64,000 nucleotides of DNA from an uncultured Gemmatimonadales bacterium (GTDB lineage: Bacteria > Gemmatimonadota > Gemmatimonadetes > Gemmatimonadales > Gemmatimonadaceae): the NCBI GenBank assembly GCA_963701965.1, contig OY969695.1:192001-256000 (forward strand), in the 5' to 3' direction. The notes beneath the pieces are model-generated. The model had not been told where the DNA came from. It did not search any database and saw only the letters and a list, made by a program, of their open reading frames with translations. Positions within the stretch are counted from its first letter, which is position 1. Every line of letters begins with the position of its first letter. Shown piece by piece: positions 22,583 to 32,887 of the stretch. A program made the position numbers and the translations under genes.

Positions 22583-23005
22583 CTAGGCCGCCGCGACTGC
22601 CAGGCCGAGCCAGGCCTGGCCGAGGTTGGTGAGCGGAGGGAGCTCCTTCGGGTGATACAGGCCGACGAAGAAGGCGGTCAGGCCCGCGCCCATCCGGGCG
22701 AGCACATAGACCGCGCTGACGATCTTGAGAATCGATTTGGTTCTGTCGGACGCATCGTCGGCAAGCGCCCGGGCGGCGGGCGCGTCGCCCGGCTTCGTGG
22801 CAGCGAGTTCGGCGATGACCAGCGCCGACACGAGCCCGCCCACGATCGCGAGCGCTTGCGCCATTCCGTCGTTGAAGTACCCCTGCGGATAGCTGGTGCA
22901 CCCCGGCCGCGTCGTGCAGCCCGCGACCAGGTAGGCGACGCGGATGAGATGCAGGTAGATGCCGAGCAGGATGACTGCGATGGCGCCGCCGAAGGTCGCT
23001 GGCAT
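22583..23005 (-). CDS. Hypothetical membrane protein
   Basis: Three to four hydrophobic segments. Confidence 0.55.
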   Translation of the reverse strand: MPATFGGAIAVILLGIYLHLIRVAYLVAGCTTRPGCTSYPQGYFNDGMAQALAIVGGLVSALVIAELAATKPGDAPAARALADDASDRTKSILKIVSAVYVLARMGAGLTAFFVGLYHPKELPPLTNLGQAWLGLAVAAA

Positions 23006-23057
23006 GTACGGTCTCCTCGCGATGCACCAATGCTAGCGAAGCGCTCCGCCGTCTTCC

Positions 23058-23519
23058 TCAGAGCCAGCGGCGCACGCGTCGCCTGTAGTTCGCGTACTCC
23101 GCGCCGAACAACGCCGCCAGCGCCCGCTCTTCCGGCTTGATCTGGAAAAAAGTGATGTAGACAGCGAAGACGACGGGGCCGAGCACGGCGACCGCCGACG
23201 ATAGGGCAGCAGCCCATCCCAGAAGCACCAGCAACAGCCCGAGATACATCGGATTGCGGGAGAACTTGTAGGCGCCCGATTGCACCAGCGCAGACGATGC
23301 CTGTGGGCGAAGCGGGTTGCGCGTGGTCTTTGCCTGGCCGAACAGGACCGCGGCGGTACCGCTGAAGGCCACCCCCAGCAGGATGAGGATCGTCGCCAAC
23401 GCCACGCGCGCGGACAGCGGCATGGCCAGCGGGGACGTCGCGCGGGCCGCGAACCACATCGCGAGCGCGACGATCAGGGCAACCACGGGTGGCGGAACCT
23501 TGAGCTCGAGCGACGACAT
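23058..23519 (-). CDS. Isoprenylcysteine carboxyl methyltransferase family protein
   Basis: SRNPMYLG; QIKPEER; VRRWL. Confidence 0.9.
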   Translation of the reverse strand: MSSLELKVPPPVVALIVALAMWFAARATSPLAMPLSARVALATILILLGVAFSGTAAVLFGQAKTTRNPLRPQASSALVQSGAYKFSRNPMYLGLLLVLLGWAAALSSAVAVLGPVVFAVYITFFQIKPEERALAALFGAEYANYRRRVRRWL

Positions 23520-23534
23520 GGGGAGGGTGCGGCG

Positions 23535-23921
23535 TCAGGTGCGCGACGAGGATTTGACGGGCACCCGTTGCGCCGGGTCGTAGAAGAACTGCTCCTCTGC
23601 GATGCGCTCGCCCTCCCAGCGCTGATAGGCGAGCTCTTCCATGCGGGTTTTGCTGCCGTCGAGCCACTCGAACTCGAAGATCCAGCGGATGACGACCACG
23701 GAACCGTGGACGAGCACCGGCCGAATGCACTGAGAGCTCACCGACCTGGCGCGCGCCAGAAGCGTTCGTTCGCCGGCGACCAGATTGGATCGTCCGACAC
23801 GAGGGGGACCTTGGTTCTCCCGGATCGCGCCGCTTTCCAGGTAGAACTCCTCGATCGCCTCCGCGTGCGCGTTTTGCTCGACCCGCGCGATGAAGCGCTC
23901 CAGTGTGTCGCTTGAGGGCAT
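23535..23921 (-). CDS. SnoaL/NTF2-like protein
   Basis: AIEEFY; EQFFYDP. Confidence 0.8.
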   Translation of the reverse strand: MPSSDTLERFIARVEQNAHAEAIEEFYLESGAIRENQGPPRVGRSNLVAGERTLLARARSVSSQCIRPVLVHGSVVVIRWIFEFEWLDGSKTRMEELAYQRWEGERIAEEQFFYDPAQRVPVKSSSRT

Positions 23922-23949
23922 GCCTAAGCCTCCGCGTTGCCGACGTCGC

Positions 23950-24369
23950 CTAGCGCCTGCCGACCAGTGCGACGCCGACCGCGAGCAACAGGCACAGCGG
24001 CGAATACAGCAGCGTGTCGAGCCGGGCGAACTTGCTGTCGCGCACGCGCTTGAAGAAGCCGACGTACTTGAACTCGCCGATGGCGCGGGCCAGCAGGCCG
24101 AGCGCTAGGGCATCGCAGAGCCAGGACAGAACACGCACCGGGATGCCGATCTCCACGAGCCCGGCGGTGGCCCCGACAAGGCAGGCAAACAGGAGAAGCA
24201 CCACGCCGACCAGCCCGGTGGCCCATGGCGAGGGAACGAACAGCGGCTTGCCGCCCACGCTCGGGACCGCGCTGCTCGCGTCGGAGGTCGGCCAGAGCGC
24301 CATGCGCAAGTGCCAGAGCGCCAGGGTCACGAAGACAAGGCAGAGCACCGACGCCAGCGCGACGTTCAT
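23950..24369 (-). CDS. DUF3995-like membrane protein
   Basis: RAIGEFKYVGFFK; DTLLYSPLCL. Confidence 0.75.
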   Translation of the reverse strand: MNVALASVLCLVFVTLALWHLRMALWPTSDASSAVPSVGGKPLFVPSPWATGLVGVVLLLFACLVGATAGLVEIGIPVRVLSWLCDALALGLLARAIGEFKYVGFFKRVRDSKFARLDTLLYSPLCLLLAVGVALVGRR

Positions 24370-24396
24370 GGGTGGCTGGGCCGTCCGGCGCAAGGG

Positions 24397-24876
24397 TCAG
24401 AACTCACGGCGCTGCCTCATGCGAAGTCCGTTCAGCAAGGTCACAAGCTCTTCGGGATTCATGCCGTAGGACTCCGGCAGCGCGCCCTCGGCGCCGGCCA
24501 GCCGCGTCGCCAGCCTACGCGTTGAGGCGTGGGTCTTGTATCCCTCGCTGTACCTGAGGCCGACCATCGTCGTGGTCCCCATGCTGATCGGCAAGAATTC
24601 CGCCAGGTCGTTCCACGAATGAAACGTCTTGCGGAACATGGAGCACATCGTGAGCCCCCGGTCTTCCAGGAGGAGATACGAGCTGCCCGGCGGGAGATTG
24701 ATGATCGCGACGACCGCACCAAGACCGAAAAAGACGATCGCCGAATAGCCGGCCCAGGGCGAGTCGTGCCGTATGAAGATTCCGCCTGCGACGAATGCCA
24801 CGCAGCCAAGGAGAAGTCCCAGCGACCTCGTGCGCGCACCCTGAAGGCGTCGCGGAAGAGGCGGGGTTGCTTGCAT
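24397..24876 (-). CDS. Hypothetical membrane protein
   Basis: Two TM segments plus soluble tail (LPESYGM). Confidence 0.6.
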   Translation of the reverse strand: MQATPPLPRRLQGARTRSLGLLLGCVAFVAGGIFIRHDSPWAGYSAIVFFGLGAVVAIINLPPGSSYLLLEDRGLTMCSMFRKTFHSWNDLAEFLPISMGTTTMVGLRYSEGYKTHASTRRLATRLAGAEGALPESYGMNPEELVTLLNGLRMRQRREF

Positions 24877-24923
24877 GGGTGGATTCTGCGGTTCGACATG
24901 CGCGTTGCCAAAAGGCGCGTGCC

Positions 24924-25160
24924 TTATTTGACCGAGCGCCACGGCGCGGCCAACTTCGGCCAACCGAGCCGGCGAGCAAGGAACGCCACGCGCAGCCATG
25001 CAGCACCGTAGACGATGGCGACCGAGGCGAGCGCAGCCATGACCCAGCGCGAGTTCGCCAGTGCGATGTACAGCGCAGTGCACCCGGCCGACAACCATAC
25101 GGCAGACAGGCCTGCCGCCAGGAGCCGCTCGAAGCGGGAGAGCTTGCCATTCCTGCGCAT
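24924..25160 (-). CDS. Small hypothetical membrane protein
   Basis: Two TM segments; co-oriented with array. Confidence 0.5.
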   Translation of the reverse strand: MRRNGKLSRFERLLAAGLSAVWLSAGCTALYIALANSRWVMAALASVAIVYGAAWLRVAFLARRLGWPKLAAPWRSVK

Positions 25161-25228
25161 GATGCTGACTAGGCCGCGATGTCCTGGTTCATGGGTGCTC
25201 CCGGACCGGTTGAAGGGGGCTGGAGGGG

Positions 25229-25705
25229 TTAGACCTCACCGGGTTTGGGAACGACGCGCAGCGTGGCATTGAGGATCTCCCGGTCCTCCGGATCGGGAAG
25301 CGCCGCGATCAGCCGCTCGGCCTCGCGATAGCTGCTTGCATGGGCTTCCCGCTCGCCGGCTGCCGCCGCGACGCTGGCCTTGACAGCGAAGGCGCAAGCT
25401 CGTTCCCAAGGCTCGCAATCCTGTCCGAGGAAAAGCGGCTCGGACTGCGCCAGGTAGTGCTTGGCTGGATTCGGCAACTTCAGCAACGCGTAGACGTGCG
25501 CTACGAGTTGCGCCGCACGGGCCCGGTTTCCCGCGGTGCCGACGAGCTTCCAGAAGTACATCGACGCATGAGCCGCCTGAAGCATTTCCTCGTCCTCCTG
25601 CGGAGAGCGTTGCGACTCCGACAGTCGCCAGGCTCGATTGTTCGCCTGCGCGGCCAGTCGCCGCTGCCAGCGCGCGACTTCCTCGGGTGATGGGGAATCG
25701 GTCAT
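25229..25705 (-). CDS. Hypothetical helical protein
   Basis: ANNRAW; stop codon lies in attC relic GGAGGGGTTAGAC (25222-25234). Confidence 0.65.
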   Translation of the reverse strand: MTDSPSPEEVARWQRRLAAQANNRAWRLSESQRSPQEDEEMLQAAHASMYFWKLVGTAGNRARAAQLVAHVYALLKLPNPAKHYLAQSEPLFLGQDCEPWERACAFAVKASVAAAAGEREAHASSYREAERLIAALPDPEDREILNATLRVVPKPGEV

Positions 25706-25741
25706 AGGTGTTCCAACGGTGAGAAATCCGAGCCTGATGGA

Positions 25742-26304
25742 TTAGACCTTGAGGTGCTTCGTGATGGCCGCATCGAGTTGCGCCACGGTGGGTTCAATCG
25801 CGAGCCCTCCGTTACCCGCGAGCTCTGGGCAAGCTTGTCTTGCATGAACGCCGACTCGGGCGACAAGCCCTCGGTGATCTGCGAGAGTTGTGCCTCGCGC
25901 GACATCGAACGTGCCGTCAGGCTCCTCGCGGCCCGGGCCCCGATGCGAACCTCTGCATAGAGGATGCGAGCCTGCACCGGGCCGCAGCCGCCGGCCCTGC
26001 AGGCATGGAAAGACATCACGTCGGCGGCCCTTCTCGGCACGCCCGACGTATTGCACGCGACGTCTTGAACTACCGACGCGCGCCGATAGTCGTCGGTATA
26101 GGGGCTTCCAACGCTTGACCAAAGCGGCTGGGGATGGCTCGCGCCGTTGACCACGGAGCCCTTTGGCGCGGGCCATCGGGTACCCACAGGATCGGTAAGG
26201 CTGAAGTCGCACAACAGTTCCATGTCGCGATCCGGGGCCACTGCGTCGACCAGCCACTCGGTCTTTGGGTTTCCGGAGAAAGAACCGTGATTCGCCATGG
26301 GCAT
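25742..26304 (-). CDS. DUF1353-like protein (frameshifted)
   Basis: APKGSVVNGAS, GSPYTDDYRRASVV. Confidence 0.65.
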
Positions 26305-26317
26305 CTCCTCGACCTCA

Positions 26318-26966
26318 CGTTGGCGCTTGATCACGCGGAAGGGATGCTCGACCCGCGCTCGCACCTGGCCTTGAGCGTCTCGCGCTTGTGGATTGCACGC
26401 ACTGGCGAGCGCCCCTCGGGCAGCTTGGCGCTGTCACTCGGCTTGCGCGGCGATGTGCCACCGCAGCTCCTCGCGCTCGGCCACGCTTATCTGCGCCGCT
26501 GTAGCCAGCATCGGCAAGCACCACTTCTTCCTTGCCGTGCAGCAGGTCATCGACTTGCTCGATGTCGGCTTCGTTGGCTGCCGTGGTGGTCACTGTGTGC
26601 ACCAGGCCCGAGTCGGCATCGACTCCGATGTGCGCCTTCATGCCGAAGTGCCACTGGTTGCCCTTCTTGGTCTGGTGCATCTCGGGGTCGCGCTCGCCGT
26701 CTGCGTTCTTGGTCGAGCTCGGCGCGGCGATGATGGTGGCGTCGACGATGCTGCCGCGCTTGAGCAGCAGGCCCTTGCGCGTCAGATGCGCGTTGACCCG
26801 CCTTGAGGATCTCCGGGGCCAGCTCGTTGGTTTCGAGCAGGTGACGGAAGTTCAGGATCGTCGTCTCGTCCGGGATCGGCTCGCCCAGCTTCAATCGCGC
26901 GAACGCGCGCAGCGAAGCAATCTCGTAGAGCGCTTCTTCCATCGACGGATCGCTCAGTGCGACCAG
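26318..26966 (-). mobile_element. IS5 family transposase internal fragment
   Basis: [49 protein letters not shown]; no termini found. Confidence 0.9.
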
Positions 26967-27356
26967 CTAACGCTCGAACAGCATGCTCGTCCCCGTGGCC
27001 AGCACACCGATGCCGACGACGGCAGACACGGCGAGGAACAACGGGTCTTCCGACTGAAGATACAGGCCGACGAAGCCGACCAGCATCGCGGCGGGCATGA
27101 AGAAGCTCAGCGGATACAGAGCAGCGATGCGCAAGCGCACGATCTGGCCCACCAACGTTCCCATCGCCACGCTGAGCATGCCTACCCAACGAGGCATGAC
27201 GTTACCGTAGTCGGTGTTCGAGAGCATTGCCGCAAGCGCGACGCGCGGTGAAATCAGAAGCGCCAAGCCGCTGAGGACGAGGTAGCCCGCCACGTACCAA
27301 ATGCAAAGGCGGACTCGCCTTGCGGCTGATGCTTGATCCCGAGTTTCAAGCAGCAT
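26967..27356 (-). CDS. Hypothetical membrane protein
   Basis: Four hydrophobic segments. Confidence 0.6.
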   Translation of the reverse strand: MLLETRDQASAARRVRLCIWYVAGYLVLSGLALLISPRVALAAMLSNTDYGNVMPRWVGMLSVAMGTLVGQIVRLRIAALYPLSFFMPAAMLVGFVGLYLQSEDPLFLAVSAVVGIGVLATGTSMLFER

Positions 27357-27371
27357 GCGAGCGCGCCCGCT

Positions 27372-28052
27372 CTATTCGGTTCGATCGCCCAGTTCCGGGA
27401 TCGGTCGGCCCTGGCTGCGGAGATAGCCCACCATCGCCATCACGACCGTCCTGAGCGCCGGCCGACCGATCATTCGCTCTCGCCAGGCGAGCAGATTCGA
27501 ATGGTCCGCAGTCATCGGTACCGTGTGGCGCGCCGCGAAGAACTGCGCCATGTAGAACGCGATGTCGGCGTAGCTGAATTGGTCCGCCAGGTATTCATGA
27601 CCTAGGAGCCGCTGGTCGATCCAAAGGTAGTGCGCCTCGATGGCTGCTCTTGCCGTTTTCCACTCGGGCGCGTCAACCGGATCGGGATTTCCGCGCAGGC
27701 CCATCAGTCGAATAACAGGAGGAAAGAAGATTTCGTCGGAATAAAGCTCCAGTTGCCGTGCCTCTGCTCGCGCGGCGACGGAGCGCGGCCACAGTGGCGG
27801 CTCCGGCCAACGATCTTCGAGGTATTCGAAGATCTGCGTCGAGTCGAAAACCTGGACGTCGCCATCAACGAGGACGGGCACTTGATGTTTGGGATTGATG
27901 CGCAGCACGTCAGGATGCTTCGGTGTGTAGCCGCGTTCGAAGTCGAACGGCACCATCACCAGATCGAACTCGATTCCCTTCTCGCGCGCGGCGATCTCGA
28001 CCTTCGCACCGAACATGCTCAGCGGACCGGAGTAGATCTGCAAGCGATCCAT
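27372..28052 (-). CDS. Glutathione S-transferase
   Basis: INPKHQVPVL; DSTQIFEYLE; FSYADIA. Confidence 0.9.
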   Translation of the reverse strand: MDRLQIYSGPLSMFGAKVEIAAREKGIEFDLVMVPFDFERGYTPKHPDVLRINPKHQVPVLVDGDVQVFDSTQIFEYLEDRWPEPPLWPRSVAARAEARQLELYSDEIFFPPVIRLMGLRGNPDPVDAPEWKTARAAIEAHYLWIDQRLLGHEYLADQFSYADIAFYMAQFFAARHTVPMTADHSNLLAWRERMIGRPALRTVVMAMVGYLRSQGRPIPELGDRTE

Positions 28053-28098
28053 GGGAATTTCGCGAAGGGAGCCATTCACCGCTGCTGTCGCGCGGGCG

Positions 28099-28524
28099 TC
28101 ACTTCGGTGCGGCCGGAACCAGCCCGTAGCGGGCCATGACAGACACCAGCGCCGCCTTGTCCGGAGGGCCTCCGCCGTTGACCACGGCGGCGACGTCTTT
28201 GAAGTATTGCGCTCCAACATCGGGAGACATCACGATCAGGGCGCGAGCGGTCTCGCCGAATGGATTCGAGAAGGCATGGACGACGCCCTTCGGGGTGCTC
28301 ATGGTTTGGCCCGCCGTCAGGTCGCGGGTCTCGCCTCCGACCGAATAGCGAAGGGCGCCCGCGAGAACGTAAACGCATTCTTCGTTGTTCGAGTGGCTAT
28401 GTGGCGGAGGGACGTTCGAGCTAGGGGGAACCGTCAGCTCGAACATCCCGAGACTCTTCGTATCGGAGCCATCGACGATGTAGTTGATGCCGAGCTGGCC
28501 TACCGTGATTTCGTTGCTGTCCAT
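28099..28524 (-). CDS. Cupin domain protein
   Basis: PPHSHSNNEE; PKGVVHAF. Confidence 0.88.
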   Translation of the reverse strand: MDSNEITVGQLGINYIVDGSDTKSLGMFELTVPPSSNVPPPHSHSNNEECVYVLAGALRYSVGGETRDLTAGQTMSTPKGVVHAFSNPFGETARALIVMSPDVGAQYFKDVAAVVNGGGPPDKAALVSVMARYGLVPAAPK

Positions 28525-29036
28525 GCGATTTGTTGGTCAGTTGAGGTACTTGTTGTGCGCGCGTGTCGCGCCGCTAGGAAGTCAACACATTCTTGGTTCT
28601 GCCAGAGCTTAGCAAGTTGCATCGGTTCCTGAGGTTGTTCCGCGAAGACAGCGACTCCTTCCGGAAACACCACCCACGGCTGGGCGCTTCGCGTCCAGAT
28701 ATGCGCGACGGGAGGGAACTGCGACGGATGGTCCAAGGTGCCGGGCTGAAGAACACGAATGGCCTGATTGAGCCGAGGCTCGCCCCAAAGGCGCGTGCCA
28801 CAGACTGCGCACAGCTGACCCCGCTTGACTCGGCCGTCCGCCAGCGTGGCGGAATAGGACGATGTGCTTCCATGCGTGACGACCAGGGCTTCAGCGGGAA
28901 CGATGAGCGAGAGGGCGAACGCGCTGCCCGTACGGCGCTGGCAGTCCGTGCAGTGACAGACGTAGCTGGTGAGCGGTTCCGCGCCCAGCCGGTAGCGAAC
29001 CGAACCGCACAAGCACCCGCCATCACAGGACTCCAT
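28500..29036 (-). CDS. GFA family protein
   Basis: GGCLCG, CHCTDCQRR, CAVCGT. Confidence 0.88.
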   Translation of the reverse strand: MESCDGGCLCGSVRYRLGAEPLTSYVCHCTDCQRRTGSAFALSLIVPAEALVVTHGSTSSYSATLADGRVKRGQLCAVCGTRLWGEPRLNQAIRVLQPGTLDHPSQFPPVAHIWTRSAQPWVVFPEGVAVFAEQPQEPMQLAKLWQNQECVDFLAARHARTTSTSTDQQIAWTATKSR

Positions 29037-29040
29037 GGGA

Positions 29041-29451
29041 TCACTCCCGCTGCGCCGGCCCAAGCAGATTGGCATCGCGGGCGAGCGACCAGCGGCCGCC
29101 CTGGCGACGAAAGACGGTCAACGTGTGGCCGCTGCGGCGCGTTGGCGTGCCGCCATCCGGTGGCGTCGCCAGCACCGTGAGCTTGCTCCACATGAACGCC
29201 CAGTCGCCTGAAACTTCGACTTCCTGAATATCGCTTGTGGCGTCGAACCTCGGCGTGCCGCCGCTTGCCTGAGAACGCAGCGCCGCGGCGAACTCGTCCT
29301 TGCGCATGGCGGCCCTGCCGGGGACGAGGAAAACGACGTCATCCGTCACGAGACTCAGGACGGCTTCGACATCGCCGGATCGGCTTGCCGCCACCCATGT
29401 GGACACCAACTTGCGAATCTGTTTCTCGTCGTCCTTCATTTGTCGCTCCAT
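29041..29451 (-). CDS. NTF2-like SgcJ/EcaC family protein
   Basis: DDVVFLVPG; WSLARDANLL. Confidence 0.8.
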   Translation of the reverse strand: MERQMKDDEKQIRKLVSTWVAASRSGDVEAVLSLVTDDVVFLVPGRAAMRKDEFAAALRSQASGGTPRFDATSDIQEVEVSGDWAFMWSKLTVLATPPDGGTPTRRSGHTLTVFRRQGGRWSLARDANLLGPAQRE

Positions 29452-29477
29452 GTCTGCACGAGCCCGCAAGGCATTCC

Positions 29478-29789
29478 TCATTCGGCATGCGAAGGGTCGT
29501 AGGGCAGACCGTCCACGCTGACGAACCGGGCGGAACTGAATTCCCTTCGAAGCGCAATGAGCCGTTGATAGTCAGAACCGTCGTAGAAATCATCAAGGGT
29601 TTGCCTGGACGGAAACTCCAGGATGCTGAGCCTCCGCGGCGACCAGTCGCCCTCATGGGTCTTGGGGACGCCGCCTCGCACAAGGTACTTCGCACCCGCA
29701 GCAGCGAGGAGTGGTCTCAACTGCACAGAGAAGTCTTTCCACCTCTCCGTGTCGCGAATCTCCACCTCAAAAATGACGTACGCGGGCAT
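29478..29789 (-). CDS. DUF1330 protein
   Basis: YLVRGG..HEGDW; LEFPS; YQRLIALR. Confidence 0.85.
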   Translation of the reverse strand: MPAYVIFEVEIRDTERWKDFSVQLRPLLAAAGAKYLVRGGVPKTHEGDWSPRRLSILEFPSRQTLDDFYDGSDYQRLIALRREFSSARFVSVDGLPYDPSHAE

Positions 29790-29883
29790 AGCGTCGCTCC
29801 GGATGCGTTCGACATGGAGTGGCCGCGAGCGGGCCGGAAGGGGGTCAGGCGTCACCGCTGGCTGGCGGCACTGGCTTCAAGGC

Positions 29884-30459
29884 TCAGCTCTCGTTGTGAG
29901 TAACGTTGATGCGCCGACGTGTTCGTGCGCCAACGTCGTAGATGTTGAAGTCGCTCATCGTGCGTCCGTAGAGGTGCAGGCTGACTGCCCGAGGCCGTTC
30001 CGACGGAACCCCGGTGACGTGAATGTGATCGGGGTTTGGAACGAAGCTCGTGACTGCGCCATGTCGCAGCAGCACGGTACCGCCGCGTGCAAGGTCGATA
30101 TCCGCGTCAGCGCCTCGGTCCGGCGAGAGTCGTACGTAGCTGCGCTCTTCCAGAACTCCTTCGATCACGCCGACCACGCCCCAACTTCCGTGATCGTGAA
30201 CAGGCGTCCATTGACCGGGAAGCCAGACGATCGAATACAGCGACAGGCTTTCGTCCGCAGCGTCGTAGACGAGGTTGCGCGTGTAGCTCTGAGGGTCGCT
30301 CCGGTAGTGTTGCGGCTTGAGAAAGGTACCGGCCTGTTCGATCAGATCGAGCATCAGTGGTGCGAGAGCGAGTACGCAGTCCGCGGGGTCGACCTGGGCG
30401 TGGCTTCGCGCGGCCGCTTGGGAAATGAAGCGCTCAAGAGCCGCGGAGATCATGGGCAC
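29884..30459 (-). CDS. Cysteine dioxygenase-like cupin
   Basis: TPVHDHGSWG; DHIH; SLHLYG. Confidence 0.85.
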   Translation of the reverse strand: MPMISAALERFISQAAARSHAQVDPADCVLALAPLMLDLIEQAGTFLKPQHYRSDPQSYTRNLVYDAADESLSLYSIVWLPGQWTPVHDHGSWGVVGVIEGVLEERSYVRLSPDRGADADIDLARGGTVLLRHGAVTSFVPNPDHIHVTGVPSERPRAVSLHLYGRTMSDFNIYDVGARTRRRINVTHNES

Positions 30460-30525
30460 GATTGTGCTCGCAGACTCACGCGACGCGCGACGTGTGAGCA
30501 GTTAGGCATCAATGCGCCGCACGGC

Positions 30526-31012
30526 CTAGGTACGGACTTCCGCCTCGCACTCGATGATGACGGGTGCGTTGAGCGCCAACTCCGCGACGCCGACAACGGC
30601 ACGAGGACATAGGGCGATCTCCTCACCGTAGAGGGCGATGATCAAGTCTGTAAAGCCGTCGATGACTTGTGGCTGGGCGTGAAACCCCGGGGCCGAGTTC
30701 ACCATGCCGAAGACACGCACCCAACTGCCCACGCGGTCGAGATCCCCAGTTCGCGCTTTAGGTCAGCCAACACGGCAAGCGCCGTATTGCGCGCGGCAGC
30801 GTAGCCCTCCTCGATGGTCAGATCGGAGCCCACCTCGCCGGGCCTTCCAGCAAGGAGCCATCGGCCGCGCGTGGTCCGTGCCCCGCGATGACGGCGCGCG
30901 TGCCCAACAGGCGCACCTGCCGCCACTTGATGCGAAAACCCGGCGGAACCCTCATTTCGCCCGGAAGGACCAGCCTCATTTCGGACAACTTGGCTTCAAT
31001 TTGCACGATCAC
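30526..31012 (-). pseudogene. RidA family protein, multiple frameshifts
   Basis: GHGP, FGMVNSAPGF, RAVVGVAEL across three frames. Confidence 0.7.
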
Positions 31013-31236
31013 CCCTTGATGACGCGAAGAGAGTCACGTGGAAGGCTGGAAGCAACCGGAGGGTAGGGTGTGCAGGAGGGACTGCGGCCCGGGCCGATCG
31101 AAGAGACAAACGGGTACTTCATCATGCGACTACGGGACCCTGACCAAACCCTGGTCGTGTTCGCGAGCGCCAAGAGGTCGTAGCCGTTCACACGCACCGG
31201 CCCCCGGGATTCGACGTTCGAGGGAGTGGTTCGGGC

Positions 31237-31749
31237 TCACGGTTGCTTGCGGCTGCAATCGAAGGATCGGTCATCGCTGTAGAGGCGACACCACAGGCCA
31301 ATGATCTTGCTTTCTCGCTCGGGCGATGCGTCCGCAAGAAGTTTGAGCACCTCCGCTTTGGCTTGAATGATGTCAGGCCCGAACGCGGGAAGGTCGGTAG
31401 GGAACCGTCCGGAAAAATCGTCAGGCAACTGCTCTGGGAACAGCGCCTGCAGGGCGGCCGCGGACGCCCTGGCCTGGCCGACTGATTGCGCCGAAAGCAC
31501 GATTTCAGCGGCCTTCAGCTGGAACTGCGCGCGAGCTTGAAAGTTCTGACTTAGAACACCCGCGATCAGCGTGGCACCCGCGGCCGCCGCCGTGACGGCT
31601 ATGGAGATGGCCGTGTATTTCGCCTTCTTGGCCTCCAGCCTTTGCTTGACTCTCTCAAGCCGCGCCAGGCGCAACTGCAGCGCCAGCTTCTGACGTTCGA
31701 TCCGAAGTTTTTCGCGCTCAACGGACAATTGCAGCATGACTACCTCCAC
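31237..31749 (-). CDS. Hypothetical coiled-coil plus TM protein (cassette)
   Basis: Intact ORF between two attC relics. Confidence 0.65.
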   Translation of the reverse strand: MEVVMLQLSVEREKLRIERQKLALQLRLARLERVKQRLEAKKAKYTAISIAVTAAAAGATLIAGVLSQNFQARAQFQLKAAEIVLSAQSVGQARASAAALQALFPEQLPDDFSGRFPTDLPAFGPDIIQAKAEVLKLLADASPERESKIIGLWCRLYSDDRSFDCSRKQP

Positions 31750-31768
31750 GCAAGCACCGTGCTCCGCC

Positions 31769-31830
31769 GAGCGGCGGCCGCAAGCAAGCGAAGCTTGCTC
31801 GAGGACGTCCGCTCGACGGAAGGACTAGGG
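31769..31830 (-). repeat. Degenerate attC
   Basis: GAGCGGCGGCCGCAAGCAAGCGAAGCTTG...GGACGTCCGCTCGACGGAAGGACTAGGG; one core box lost. Confidence 0.75.
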
Positions 31831-32310
31831 GACACGGAAGAACCGACGCAGCACAATAAGCATGCCGGCGAAGAGCGTCAGCAAGAACACCGCCAGGACG
31901 GCGATGAAGGGAGCTTGCTCCAGCCGCGGCGGATGCCCGATGTTGGCATGCACGACGAACCAGTGCGTGAAGCAGAGCACGCCGAGCGTTGCATAGGCCG
32001 CCCAAGCACCCAAGTTACCCAGTGAGGTCAGCGTATCTGCCCGGCGCTCCGGCGCCAGCCAGTACTGCTTGTTCGGCAAATTGACGAATTGCACTGGCAG
32101 GCGAGAAGCGAGCCGGCCCACGAAGAAGATGAGCGACGGCACGGTGAGCACGAGAACCAACATGAAGGTCACGTACTGACCGCGCGGCATGAAGCCATTG
32201 GCAGCGCCGCCCACGGCGAAATGCGAAGCAACCAGCTCCGGCAAAGCGCTCGAACTCCACCCCACGAAGCCAGCGCCAAGCGCGAGGACGAGGAAGAAGG
32301 GCTTGTGCAT
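31825..32310 (-). CDS. DUF1648 membrane protein
   Basis: LPELVASHF...ANG; VNLPNKQYW. Confidence 0.8.
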   Translation of the reverse strand: MHKPFFLVLALGAGFVGWSSSALPELVASHFAVGGAANGFMPRGQYVTFMLVLVLTVPSLIFFVGRLASRLPVQFVNLPNKQYWLAPERRADTLTSLGNLGAWAAYATLGVLCFTHWFVVHANIGHPPRLEQAPFIAVLAVFLLTLFAGMLIVLRRFFRVP

Positions 32311-32322
32311 GCGATGGATGGG

Positions 32323-32860
32323 TTAGGCGTGCTTGCGGACAAGGCGAGTGACCGTATTCCAGCTTCGCGTGGTAGCCGGTAGCCCCGGGAGCTCCTCCAA
32401 GAGCATATTCGGACTGCCCGGAGTCTTACCGATCTTGCGGCTGAGACCGAAAGCCTCGCCTGCGGCGAATCGCAGAACGTCGACGGCTTGGCGCTTCGCA
32501 TCCGCTGGCACCTCCGACGGAACAGTCGCGTTCGGATGCAAAAATGACGCGCAGCACTCGTGGATCAGACTCCTGTCGACGAGAGCAAACGGGTCGCCGG
32601 CGACGACGCTGGCCAAGTAAGGAACCGAACGTACGAAAGCAGGTTCAGCAGGCCACACTGTGCCGTCAGGAGCGCGCGTGCTGTCAGCAAGACTTTGCGA
32701 TGGCCCAATCTCGTGCCCGTGGAGAAGACGAGCGTTCCATTGGCAAGGAACGACGCAGCTTCGCGTGCGCCGCATCCAAGAACGCCCTTTCGGAGTTGAA
32801 CCTTGCTCGGGCAGTTCTTGCGCCCGAGGTTCAGGTTTCGAAAGAAGGCTGCGTACTTCA
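32323..32860 (-). CDS. DUF1697 protein (frameshifted)
   Basis: YAAFFRNLNLG; TTRSWNTV. Confidence 0.75.
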
Positions 32861-32887
32861 CTCTACGAATTCAAGCGCGCCTAACCT

